Positions 24,101 through 34,458 of a stretch of 34,458 bases of DNA are shown one piece after another; position 1 is the stretch's first letter, and each line of letters opens with the position of its first letter. Origin of the DNA: Somniosus microcephalus (taxonomy: Eukaryota); NCBI GenBank assembly GCA_052327205.1, contig CM126203.1:216347543-216382000 (forward strand), read 5' to 3'. The position numbers and the translations under genes are program-made. The notes below the pieces were generated by a model that made no database searches, was not told the origin of the DNA, and saw only the letters and a list, made by a program, of their open reading frames with translations.

Positions 24101-25075
24101 CGATCAGCAAATCGAGGACCTGACAAAGAGCTGCTCAAGATGCCAGAAGGTCCAAAATGCACCACCACATGCCCCTCTACACCCATGGGAGTGGCCCTCC
24201 TCTCCATGGCAACGGGTGCATATTGATTTTGCTGGTCCATTCACGGACTCAATGTTTTTAATAGCCGTGGATGCGCACTCGAAATGGCCTTAGGTGATCA
24301 AAATGTCCTCCACCACCACGGAGAAAACGATTGCAGTCCTATGGACCATATTTGCCAGGAACGGCTTGCCAGAGCAGATTTGCTCTGATAACGGACCACA
24401 GTTTGTGTCCGAAGAGTTTCGGAAATTTAGGAAAAGGAATGGGGTAAGGCATTACACATCCGCCCCGTATCATCCAGCCACAAATGGATTGGCTGAGAGG
24501 TTCGTACAAACCTTTAAAAAGGCAGTAAGGGCCATGTGCGATGACGACATTCCACTGCAGCATAAGGTGGACAATTTCCTGTTAGCCTACAGAAATGCGA
24601 CACATGCAGTCACCAACCAGACCCCGGCCATGATGTTCTTTAACCGAAGGTTGAGATCTCGTCTGGATTTGCTCAGACCAAATGTACGAAGAGATGTTGA
24701 GAATAAGCAATTCCAGCACATCAATGAGAAGCTGACAAGGAGCTTCAATGTAGGGCAACCAGTCTTGGCCCGCGACTACCGAACAGAGAAATGGCAACCA
24801 GGAACGATATGTACACAGTGGATGTTGGGGAGAACATTGTGAGATGCCATGTCGACCAGATCCTAGAGTCACAGGAATGAGTCAACCCCATGTCTCGCAT
24901 ACCTGGTGATGAACCCGATATACAGGTAGCATCTACCCCAGAAACAGTAGCATCGGAAGCTGACGAACCAACCGACGACAGGGGGCCAGAATCGCCTCTG
25001 CACCAAGAGCAAGACACTCAGGAAAGGCGCTATCCAGAAAGGATCAGGAAGCCGCCCCAAAGACTGAATTTATAA
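21162..25075 (+). pseudogene. Gypsy gag-pol, disrupted
   Basis: Gag EDWATYVER, zinc knuckles CYRCG..H..C and CRQCGKVGH; protease ELDTGSA; RT YLDD; RNase H LACDASPYG; integrase HEGHLG, IDFAGP, SDNGPQF, NGLAER. Stops at ~23280, ~23649 and ~24291 plus several frameshifts. Confidence 0.95.
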
Positions 25076-25142
25076 ATGGACTATTTTCAGTTAATGTTGC
25101 ATGTTAAAAGTGTTAATTGTTAAATGAATGTTATGGTACTGT

Positions 25143-25378
25143 TACACTACAATTCCTCCCCTTTTAGATTATGTACCTTTATTAAGGGGAGAACTACTTT
25201 TTACAGCTCCTGTATACTGTAAAGTACCGGCAGTGACCACACCTGTATATAAACCGAGAGGGCTCTGTACTGTTAGTTTTAGAGTAACCCTCATCCAGTA
25301 AACACCTGTTGATTGTTCCTCTGCAGTCTCTGTCTATTTCTTGAAGGACACCATACATCAAGATTCACGGATTTAACA
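25143..25378 (+). repeat. 3' LTR (its first bases and the PPT are inverted)
   Basis: 25174-25378 matches the 5' LTR with a few indels and substitutions; TGTAGTGTA plus the purine tract read on the minus strand at 25143-25166. Confidence 0.9.
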
Positions 25379-25599
25379 TTAGTGACCAACTTATATTTAT
25401 GGATGTTCAACTAAAGGGGACCCAAGCTTTATATAAATAATGTAAAAGGTATAATATAGATGCAATAACTTTTGCAGATCAGGTGATCAGACGTCACATG
25501 ATCAAACCTCCAGCAATACATCCAACCAGTTTGCAACCCTGAGGTTATCTTCCCTCTCCAGAATGTTCCTTTAGATTTTGGCACAGGAGGGGGGGTTGG

Positions 25600-26327
25600 C
25601 GCTGGCTGTGGGTTCGGGGTGCAGTTATTACTACGGGATTTTTTTTTTTTTTTTTTTTTTAAACTGCGCACCCGGCAATAACATGAGCAGAAATCAGAGC
25701 TCCTCTACAAATTGTGACAGGACGAAATAAGCCGCCGTTCCAGCCCGTCCTCCGCGCACAGAGTCTGTCGAAAGTCAATGATTCCACCGTACTGAGCAAC
25801 TCCGCGGGCCCCGGGCCTCCAGCAGTTTCACTTCAATATTGGACTCATTCTGATGCTGTGAGCCCGAGCCCGCTCACCGGTTCCGGGAGACTGTATCGGG
25901 TCAGAACTTCCGACTCCGGTACGTGCCTCGCGTTTAATATTTAATGGCATTATTTACGGCTATGTCGCGCTTGCTGCCTCACCTGTCGGTGTGTCTCTGC
26001 CGGTAAGTAACGCACAGTAACCCGTTCATGGCACGCTCTCACTCCCGCTTCCCCATCGCCGTTTCGCTTTCGGCTTCCGGCTTCTCCGACCTCACCAAAA
26101 CTGTCCTAACGGGAGAAATACAAATATCGCGAGATGAGAACGGCGGGTCACGTCACAATGGGAGAATGTGGCGGCGGCGGCGGCTCGTGCAGCGCGTGCT
26201 GGGCTCCGGTTGGGCAATCTGTGCTGCGGGGCTCTGAAGGCCCGACTGATTGTGTATTGCCTGAGTGAAATCAGAACGTCCAGCTTCGGGGATCATTATT
26301 GTCCTGTCAGCGATCAATATGCACGAT
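25600..26327. promoter_or_regulatory. CpG-island promoter-like region, possibly bidirectional
   Basis: CpG-rich sequence with no recognisable repeat; ETS motif CTTCCGG (26074-26080), TATCGCGAGA (26125-26134, BANP-like), TCACGTCA (26148-26155), (GGC)5; minus-strand donors CAG|GTGAGG (25983) and CCG|GTGAGC (~25879). Confidence 0.65.
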
Positions 26328-27103
26328 GGCCGGAATTTTCCGGGGTGGTACCGGGTACCATCGGTGGCGGGTCGGGTGGGAAAGTTATTTTTGACACCAG
26401 GTCGGGAACCCGCTGTCATCTCCCCTCCCCCTCATCTGCTTAATTTTATAATATTACCTATACACACACATCTTTTATTTGTACCAGTTACTGATACAAA
26501 AGTCTATAGATTTGTGACTAAAGCACCAATAACTTCCCAATTAATGTACTTTTTAAATTATGTTCTTGATCGTATTTGTAGACGGCGTCATAGTACTTAA
26601 TGATATTCAAATATTTCTTTGCCACTCAACTTTTATTATATTATTGTAGTGTACAGATTCAACACCCAGTTTGTTAGATTAAACTTCAAATGTAATGTGG
26701 CCATAGTCCCTTTTTAAAGAAAATGCTGGAAAAACTCAGCAGGCCAGGCAACATCCGTGGAGAGAGAAATAGAGTCAACGTTTTCAGGTCGTTGACTCTA
26801 TTTCTCTCTCCATGGATGTTACCTGGCCTGCTGAGTTTTTCCAGCATTTTCTGTTGTTATTTCGGATTTCCAGCATCCGCAGTATTTTGCTATCCCTTTT
26901 TAAAGATCCCGGCTGAAAAAGCGTCATGAATGACATCACCAGACCCGTTCCATCTCATTGGGCCGGGTAACTCACTGGGTGGGTTTAATAGGCCCCATTA
27001 AGGTAAGTTCATTTTCAACAGCAGGATGGAGCCAGCAGTGAGGTCGGGACCCGATGTAGCCACCGCCCGCACCAGACCCGCCATGGTAAAGAAAATTCTG
27101 GCC
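26328..27103. mobile_element. Harbinger-type MITE with an internal insertion
   Basis: Ends ggccggaatttt...tggcgggtc / gacccgcca...aaaattctggcc. Confidence 0.65.
26719..26851. repeat. 62-bp-arm near-perfect inverted repeat (Penelope-like termini)
   Basis: Arms 26719-26780 and 26790-26851, 9-nt loop, two mismatches. Confidence 0.9.
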
Positions 27104-27304
27104 GATGTGTTTGAAGAGGGACTTCATTTATCGGCGAAAAATGGAAATTACTGACAATAGATCTGGATTGCTCTAACAAAGTCGACAAAGGCCTCGCGGG
27201 ACTGACTTCTGAGATATCAACTATAAGACATGGCAAACCTAAATAGGTTGAAATATTTAAACTAAATGAGAACCTGATAGGTTTTTGAAACAAATCTGAA
27301 AGTA

Positions 27305-27631
27305 CAGGAAACTTTCTGGTATCCGGCACTGACTGGACCGAGCTGGTGCCGTACCATCAAAACTGCCGTAGAAACCAGCGCTAATGTTAAAACATATGGA
27401 GCTTTTGAGCTCCGTATGAATCAACAAACCCTGTTGCTTAACAGCTTCAAAACAGTCGGCCGCAGCTTAAAAACGTCTGTAGCTAAGCAACAGCTTCAGC
27501 TAGACCTTGCAGAGCCTGACTGGGAAAAAAAAAGCAACGAGAAGTAAAAAAACGTATAGGAAACGGCTCCTGAATTTTGCCGGTAGATAGCTTTCCAGAC
27601 ATTTAACCTCCGGTTAAACGAAAGTTTCCTG
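27305..27631. mobile_element. Tc1/mariner (pogo/Tigger-like) MITE
   Basis: TA|CAGGAAACTTTC ... GAAAGTTTCCTG|TA. Confidence 0.8.
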
Positions 27632-27654
27632 TACTTGAGACACAGCATGATAAT

Positions 27655-28319
27655 GGCCCTGAATTTGCGGTCTTGTCATACTACCTTTGAAATTGACCGC
27701 AGGTTAAGCGCATGCGCTAAATCCCAAACTTGCGCCCTGTCAGGTTCCAACTAGACAGATGATCCACTGCGACTTTCAAGTCCTCAGTGAAATCGAAAGG
27801 TTGGGCTAATTGCCCACCTACGGTGCATCAATTACGCTGCAAAATTTTACGGCTGGTGCAAACAGGAGGGGGGGAGGGGATGAGAAAATTGTATAATAAT
27901 TAAAAAGGAACATGTAAAGGCTCGGTTTGAGGGATGTGATTGTTTTTAATTTTTTTAAATCTTGCAGTCTTCCAGTAAATAACTACTTACTCCAAAGTAT
28001 TCCCTGTGCCTTTTATAGCCAAGTACTGTACTTGTCAAATAAATATAATTAGTATCACACCGTTTAATTTACAAGTTGTAATACATGGGGCTTTCTATGT
28101 TTCCTGATTGGCTAGTGAAAGGAGCACCGCCCCACATGATCCCAGGTACACTTGCACACTACATGCGCCCCTAGGATCCATGGGTCACTATGTTGCGCAC
28201 AACTCCGCAGCACTTCAAAACAAGTTTTCGCTTGGGGTTTCGCACAAGGTAAGTGTGAATTTCGTTTGAAGGCTGGCGGCGTACTCCTTAGCTACGCCAC
28301 TGATCACAATTTTGGAGCC
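27655..28319. mobile_element. Harbinger-type MITE related to 2944-3657, opposite orientation
   Basis: Left end ggccctgaatttgcggtc; internal ctacctttgaaattgaccgca and gttgggctaattgccca match the reverse complement of 3483-3606. Confidence 0.7.
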
Positions 28320-28639
28320 AACATTTATAGATATGATAAGTATTTTATTGAATTGGGGAGGAGGGAAAGGGAGTGAAGGAAAGAAAGAAAAAAACAAGTA
28401 AACAATACACACTACTGACAAACAGGAATGTTAATAACGACTGGCCTGCTTGAAATAAAAGTAGGAGATTGTTAAATGGTATGAAGGTTCACCGGCGGCT
28501 ATCAGCCACATGTTAAAGAAACAATACAACAGGAAAATAGCTAAAACAGAGAGACCCACCGTTGATGGGAAAGGTGAGACTGGTAGAAATGTGGCTCTGG
28601 AATTAAAATTGAAATGCTGGAAAATTGAGGATATAGCAA

Positions 28640-29475
28640 AGGTCTGAAATTACTACACTCATAATAAACAAAGGGACATTGATTAAGTGAGTGGGCAAAA
28701 CTGTGGCAGATGGAGTTAAATGTGAGATCATCCACTTTGGAAGAAAGATAGACCAGAATATTTTCTAAATGGCAAGAAGATAGGCGAGCAGAGAGAATTA
28801 GGGGTCCAAGTACAGAAATCCCTAAAAGCTAATGGACGGGTGCAAATAATAATTAAAAAGACTAATGGAATGTTGGCCTTTATCTCACGGGGGCTGGAAT
28901 ACAAAGGGACAGCTGTACAGAGCTCTGGTGAGAGCCCATCTTGAGTACTGCATTCAGTTTGGGCACCGCAACTCAAGCAGGATATATTGGCCTTGGAGTG
29001 GATGCAGCACAGATTCACCAGAATGAAGCTGGGGCTAAAAGGGTTAAGTTGTGAGGATAGGTTGCATCGGCACTAGGCTTGTGTTCCCTTGAGGATAGAA
29101 GATTAAGGGTGATCTAATTGAGTTTAAGATGATTAAAGGAGTGAGTTGATCGGGTAGATAGAGAGACACTCTGGTAGGGAGTCCAGAACTAGGAGGCATA
29201 ACCTTAAAATTAGAGCTAGGCCATTAAGTGGTGATGTCAGGAAGCAGTTCTTCACACAAACGGTAGTGGAAATTTGGAACTCTCTCAAAAGCTGTTTAGG
29301 CTAGGTCAATAAGATTCCAAAACTGAGATTGAAAGATCAGTGTTAGGCAAGGGTATTAAGGATTACAGAATCAAGGTGGGTAGGTGGAGTTAAGATTTGG
29401 ATCAGCCATGATCTAATTGAATGGCGGAACAGACTCAACGGGCTGATTGGCCTACTCCTGTTCCTATGTTCCTAA
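28640..29475 (+). mobile_element. Degraded CR1 3' fragment
   Basis: Decayed WA..WQM, ANGMLAFISRGLEYK and LEYC motifs; tail ggcctactcctgttcctatgttccta. Confidence 0.9.
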
Positions 29476-29737
29476 ATTGGAGAACTCCAAATTGCCTTGG
29501 AGAAAGATGACGTTGAGAGTAGTAAGGTTTTTGAAGAGACTCAAATGCTGGAGGAACAGTTAGTAATGGTCAGTATGCTTAATTCGACAAACTACCTATT
29601 GCAGTATTTGTTTAAAGGACATAACAATTTAAATGCATCTTGTCATCTGATATAGGGGTTAACTGTAATAATGGTTCTAACCATGTGGGAAACGGACGAC
29701 AGCAGATCGGCCGCTCATTTTACTTCGGTATAAAAGA

Positions 29738-31389
29738 ATTAGGAGCAGGAGTAGGCCATACGGCCATTCAATAAGCTCATGGCTGATCGACCTCCACTCC
29801 ACTTTCCCACCCGATTTCCATATCCCTTGATTCCCCTAGAGTCCAAAAATCTATTTATCTCAGCCCTGAATATACTCAACGACTCAACATCCACAGCCCT
29901 TTGGGGTAGAGAATTCCAAAGATTCACAACTCTGAGTGAAGAAATTCCATCTCCTCTCGGTCCTAAATTGCCAACCCCTTATCCTGAGACTATGCCCCCT
30001 AGTTCTAGACTCTCCAGCCAGGGGAAACAGCCTCTCAGCATCTACCCTGTCAATCCTCCTCAATCTTGTATGTTTCAATGAGATCATCTTTCATTTTTCT
30101 AAACCCCAGAGAGTATAGACTCAATCCCTCCTCACAGGACAACCCTCTCATCCTAGGGATCAATCCAGTGACCCTTCGCTGCACCGCCTCGAAGGCAGGT
30201 ATGTCCTCTCTGAGATAAGGAGACCAAAACTGTGCCCAGTACTCCAGGTGTGGTCTCACCAGGGCCCTGTACAATTGTAGTAAGACTTCCGTACTCTTGT
30301 GCTCCAACCCCTGGCAATAAAGGCCAACCTGCCATTCGCCTTCCTAATTGCTTGCTGGACCTGCATGCTAACTCTCTGTGTTTCCTATACGAGGACACCT
30401 AAATCTCTGAACACCAACATTTAATGGTTTCTCGCCATTTAAAAAATATTCTGTTTTTCTATTTTTCCTACCAAAGTGAATAACCTCACATTTTCCCACA
30501 TCTGCCACCTTATTGCCCACTCTCTGTGTCCTCCTCACAGCTTACTTTCTCATCTAGCTTTGTATCGGTGGCAAACTTGGATACATTGCACTCGGTACCT
30601 TCATCTAAGTCATTAATATAGATTGTAAATAGCTGAGGCCCAAGCACTGATCCCTGTGGCACTCCATTAGTTACAGCCTGCCAACCGGAAAATGATCCGT
30701 TTATCCTTACTCTGTTTTCTGTCCATTAACCAATCCTCTATCCATGCTAATATATTATCCCCAACCCCATGAGCCCTTATTTTGCATAGTAACCTTTTAT
30801 GTGGCACCTTAACAATTGACGTTTGGAAATCCAAATATACTACATCCACTGGTTTCCCTTTATCTACCTTGTTAATTACATCCTCAATAAACTCTAATAA
30901 ACTTATTAAACATGATTTTCATTTCATAAAACCATGTTGACTCTGTCTAATCATATTATGATTTTCTAAATGCCCTGATACCACTTCCTTAATAATGGAT
31001 TCCAGCATTTTCCCGACAACTGATGTCAGGCTAACTGGCCTGTTGTTTCCTGTTTGTTCTCTCCCTCCTTTTGCTCCCTTTCAATCTCCTGGGATCGTTC
31101 TAGAATCTAGGGAATTTTGGAAGATCACAACCAATACATCCATTATCTCTGCAGCCACCTCTTTTAGAACCCTGGGATGTAGGCCATCAGGTCCAGGGGA
31201 TTTGTCGGATTTTAGACCCATTAGTTTCTCAAGTACATTTTCCTCTATTGATATTAATTACTTTAAGTTCCTCACTCTTATTAGTCCCTTGGTTCCCCAC
31301 TATTTTTGGTATGTTTTTTGTGTCTTCTACTCTGAAGACAGATACAAAATATTCGTTTATACTCTCTGCCATTTCCTTATTCCTCATTA
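29738..31389 (-). mobile_element. CR1 ORF2 fragment, cut at 31389 by the Helitron-like element
   Basis: DVVYLDFQ, LLQLYRALVRPHLEY, TRGHSLRIRG, NLWNSLPQRAV; collinear with 16050-17800. Confidence 0.95.
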
Positions 31390-32004
31390 TCTTCTATCCA
31401 TCTATCTATCTATCTATATATATAAAGGAGTCGATCAGTCTGTCCTTCTGTCTGTCTGTCCTTCTGTCTGTCTGTCCTTCTGTCTGTCCTTCTGTCTGTC
31501 TGTCCTCGGGTGTGCGTCTGTCCGGCTATGCGCTCGAAAGTTATACCGTGTACCTACGCGCGCGTTACCTCCGAAGAAAGCTTACGCTTCCGGGACGCTG
31601 GTAAGCGTATTTAAGTTTCGGCCGGACAAAAATTGCGCCCGCGGTATCCGAAAAACCTTCAACATTCCGCTCATTATCCACTCATTACCATAGAGTGACA
31701 TTGAGGTCGACCAATCGTACAGTCGACCAACCCGATGGTCAACCAATCAATGCGTGGCGGGTTCGTCGCATGTGCAGCCGGGCCCTCCTAGAGTCGAGTG
31801 ACAGGACGATTGACCAATCCTATGCTTCGGTGACATGACGATCGACCAATCAGTGCGTGTGTGGGCGGGCCTTATCGTTCTGAACTGAGGTGAGTGGCCG
31901 CCATCTTTATTCTCACCTGTGTGTTTATTTGTTAGGAGCGATTTTTTTTTTTTTAATGTGTAAAACGTAAAAACACAATGTCTAAAACGTTAAAACACAA
32001 TGAA

Positions 32005-32365
32005 GATGGTGTCCCATCTTCTTAACAGCCGTTTAAAAAAAAAAATAATAACTTTTGGTGTTTTCAGCAAGAATGCGCGTTCCTTCTCCGTGGCAGCTTT
32101 TTAAAAACATTAAAAAACTTTCAAGCTGGCCTCCCATCTTCTTAACACCCGTTTATAAAAAAAATTTAAAAAAAAATTTCTGTTGCTTTCACAGACTGCG
32201 CGTTCCTTCTCCGTGGCAGCTTTAAATAAAAAATTTTTTTTTTTTAATTCTGTTGGTTTCACAGACTGCGCGTTCCTTCTCCATGGCAGCTTTTTAAAAA
32301 CATTAAAACACTTTCAACATGGCCTCCCAGCTTCTTAACACCCGTTTTTGAAAAAAAAAAATTTT
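32005..32365. repeat. Imperfect tandem subrepeats
   Basis: ccca.cttcttaaca.ccgttt x3 and tgcgcgttccttctcc.tggcagcttt x3. Confidence 0.85.
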
Positions 32366-32395
32366 TTTTCCTCCTTTCGCTGACCCCCTCAAAAC

Positions 32396-32419
32396 ACCCC
32401 TCCTCCTCCTCCTCCCCCT

Positions 32420-32474
<55 letters not shown>

Positions 32475-33875
32475 CTTCCCCCCCTCCCTCGCCACCCCCC
32501 CTTGCATCCCTCACCCTCTCCCTCGCCCCCTCCCTCTCCCCCGCCCCCTCTCCCTCCGCCCCCTCTCCCTCGCCCCCCCTCTCCCTCGCCCCCCCCCCTC
32601 CCTCGCCGCCCCCCCTCGCTCCCCCCCTCTCCCCCCCTCTCCCATCTCCCTCTCCCTCCCTCGCCCCCCCTCTCCCTCGCCCCCCCTCTCCCTCGCCCCC
32701 CCTCTCCCTCGCCCCCCCTCTCCCTCGCCCCCCCTCTCCCTCGCCCCCCCTCTCCCTCGCCCCCCCTCCCTCGCCCCCCCCTCTCCCTCGCCCCCCCTCT
32801 CCCTCGCCCCCCCTCTCCCTCGCCCCCCCTCTCCCTCGCCCCCCCCTCTCCCTCGCCCCCCCCCTCTCCCTCGCCCCCCCCTCTCCCTCGCCCCCCCTCT
32901 CCCTCGCCCCCCCTCTCCTCGCCCCCTCTCCCTCGCCCCCCCCTCCCTCGCCCCCCCTCCCTCGCCCCCCCTCCCTCGCCCCCTCTCCCTCGCCCCCCCC
33001 TCTCCCTCGCCCCCCCCTCCCCCTCCCTCGCCCCCCCTCTCCCTCTCCCTCGCCCCCCCTCTCCCTCGCCTCTCCCTCGCCCCCCCCCCTCTCCCTCTCC
33101 TTCGCCCCCCCCTCCCTCTCCCTCGCCCCCCCCCTCTCCTCTCCCTCGCCCCCCCCTCTCCCTCGCCCCCCCCGCTCTCCCTCGCCCCCCCCTCTCCCTC
33201 GCCCCCCCCTCTCCCTCGCCCCCCCTCTCCCTCGCCCCCCCTCTCCCTCGCCCCCCCTCTCCCTCTCCCTCGCCCCCCTCTCCCTCGCCTCTCCCTCGCC
33301 CCCCCCCTCTCCCTCTCCTTCGCCCCCCCCTCCCTCTCCCTCGCCCCCCCTCTCCCTCTCCCCTCTCCCTCGCCCCCCCCTCTCCCTCGCCCCCCCCCTC
33401 TCCCTCGCCCCCCCCCTCTCCCTCGCCCCCCACCTCCCCCCTCTCCCTCGCCCCCCCTCTCCCCTCGCCCCCCCTCTCCCTCGCCCCCCCCTCTCCCTCG
33501 CCCCCCCTCTCCCTCGCCCCCCCCTCCCTCGCCCCCCCTCTCCCTCGCCCCCCCTCTCCCTCGCCCCCCCTCTCCCTCGCCCCCCCTCTCCCTCGCCCCC
33601 CCCCCCTCTCCCTCGCCCCCCCTCTCCCTCGCCCCCCCTCCCTCGCCCCCCCCCCTCCCTCGCCCCCCCTCCTCCCTCGCCCCCCCCTCTCCCTCGCCCC
33701 CCCCTCTCCCTCGCCCCCCCCTCTCCCTCGCCCCCCCTCTCCCTCGCCCCCCCTCTCCCTCGCCCCCCCTCTCCCTCGCCCCCCCCTCTCCCTCGCCCCC
33801 CTCTCCCTCGCCCCCCCTCTCCCTCGCCCCCCCTCTCCCTCGCCCCCCCTCTCCCTCGCCCCCCCTCTCCCTCGC
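32396..33875. repeat. (CCT)n/(CT)n/(CTTT)n microsatellites followed by a ~16-bp (CTCTCCCTCGCCCCCC)n minisatellite
   Basis: Directly visible; C-run length varies between units. Confidence 0.97.
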
Positions 33876-34375
33876 NNNNNNNNNNNNNNNNNNNNNNNNN
33901 NNNNNNNNNNNNNNNNNNNNNNNNNNNNNNNNNNNNNNNNNNNNNNNNNNNNNNNNNNNNNNNNNNNNNNNNNNNNNNNNNNNNNNNNNNNNNNNNNNNN
34001 NNNNNNNNNNNNNNNNNNNNNNNNNNNNNNNNNNNNNNNNNNNNNNNNNNNNNNNNNNNNNNNNNNNNNNNNNNNNNNNNNNNNNNNNNNNNNNNNNNNN
34101 NNNNNNNNNNNNNNNNNNNNNNNNNNNNNNNNNNNNNNNNNNNNNNNNNNNNNNNNNNNNNNNNNNNNNNNNNNNNNNNNNNNNNNNNNNNNNNNNNNNN
34201 NNNNNNNNNNNNNNNNNNNNNNNNNNNNNNNNNNNNNNNNNNNNNNNNNNNNNNNNNNNNNNNNNNNNNNNNNNNNNNNNNNNNNNNNNNNNNNNNNNNN
34301 NNNNNNNNNNNNNNNNNNNNNNNNNNNNNNNNNNNNNNNNNNNNNNNNNNNNNNNNNNNNNNNNNNNNNNNNNNN
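33876..34375. other. Assembly gap (500 N)
   Basis: Run of N. Confidence 1.
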
Positions 34376-34458
34376 TTCATACAGTGCATAAACAGGTATA
34401 TCCCTGAGTGTATAAATATACATTCGCATTGTTTATATATATTCTCTCCCCCCCCAGT

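Larger units (their letters stand above)
20483..25378 (+). mobile_element. Full-length decayed Ty3/Gypsy LTR retrotransposon (Mag/K02A2.6-like)
   Basis: TG...CA outer termini, TSD TTAGT (20478-20482 and 25379-25383), paired LTRs, PBS, domain order gag-PR-RT-RH-INT. Confidence 0.97.
31390..33875 (+). mobile_element. Helitron-like non-autonomous element, copy B (3' end not visible, runs into the gap)
   Basis: Begins A|TCTTCTATCC(ATCT)nATATATATAAAGG, followed by a (CTGT/CCTT)n microsatellite, an arrangement typical of animal Helitron 5' ends; homologous to 554-1075. Confidence 0.65.

Noticed and set aside
26157-26443. Plus-strand coding first exon (MWRRRRLVQR... or MAAAAARAAR...)
   Set aside because: The ATG frames stop quickly, the longer frame starts at GTG and runs into a MITE, and there is no strong donor or recognisable homology.
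1076-31389. Single giant composite transposon bounded by the two inverted Helitron-like copies
   Set aside because: The copies are strongly diverged, their 5' ends face inward, and the interior is ordinary repeat-rich DNA of mixed ages.
1076-31389. Minus-strand bias of LINE/SINE insertions
   Set aside because: About ten minus versus five plus fragments is too few to infer host transcription direction.
30995-31693. 232-aa plus-strand ORF
   Set aside because: Antisense of a CR1 fragment reading into a microsatellite.
32303-34429. Long Gly/Arg/Glu- and Pro-rich ORFs (629-708 aa)
   Set aside because: Artefacts of translating a stop-free minisatellite and a run of Ns.
1-34458. CRISPR array or prokaryotic system
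   Set aside because: The sequence is vertebrate-type repeat DNA; its tandem repeats have no unique spacers and there are no operon-like genes.

Overview
Eukaryotic, repeat-dense, largely non-genic DNA, very probably from a cartilaginous fish (shark-type HE1/V-SINE, Deu-domain SINE and shark-type CR1 LINEs). No host protein-coding exon could be recognised. Main contents: (1) a young, 5'-truncated CR1 LINE on the minus strand (16031-19577) with an uninterrupted EN+RT ORF2. That ORF2 has no in-frame AUG before its endonuclease and joins the SGNH-esterase ORF1 through an in-phase U_UUA_AAC -1 slippery heptamer. (2) A complete but decayed Gypsy LTR retrotransposon (20483-25378, 5-bp TSD) whose PPT/3'LTR junction is flipped by a micro-inversion. 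(3) Two diverged, outward-facing copies of a Helitron-like non-autonomous element near the window ends, rich in CCAAT/GC-box motifs. (4) A decayed Harbinger Myb/SANT gene, six Harbinger-type MITEs and two TA-flanked MITEs. (5) Many LINE/SINE fragments. (6) A CpG-island promoter-like region at about 25.6-26.3 kb. (7) A 1.4-kb C-rich minisatellite running into a 500-N gap. Family names come from recalled motifs, not from database searches.
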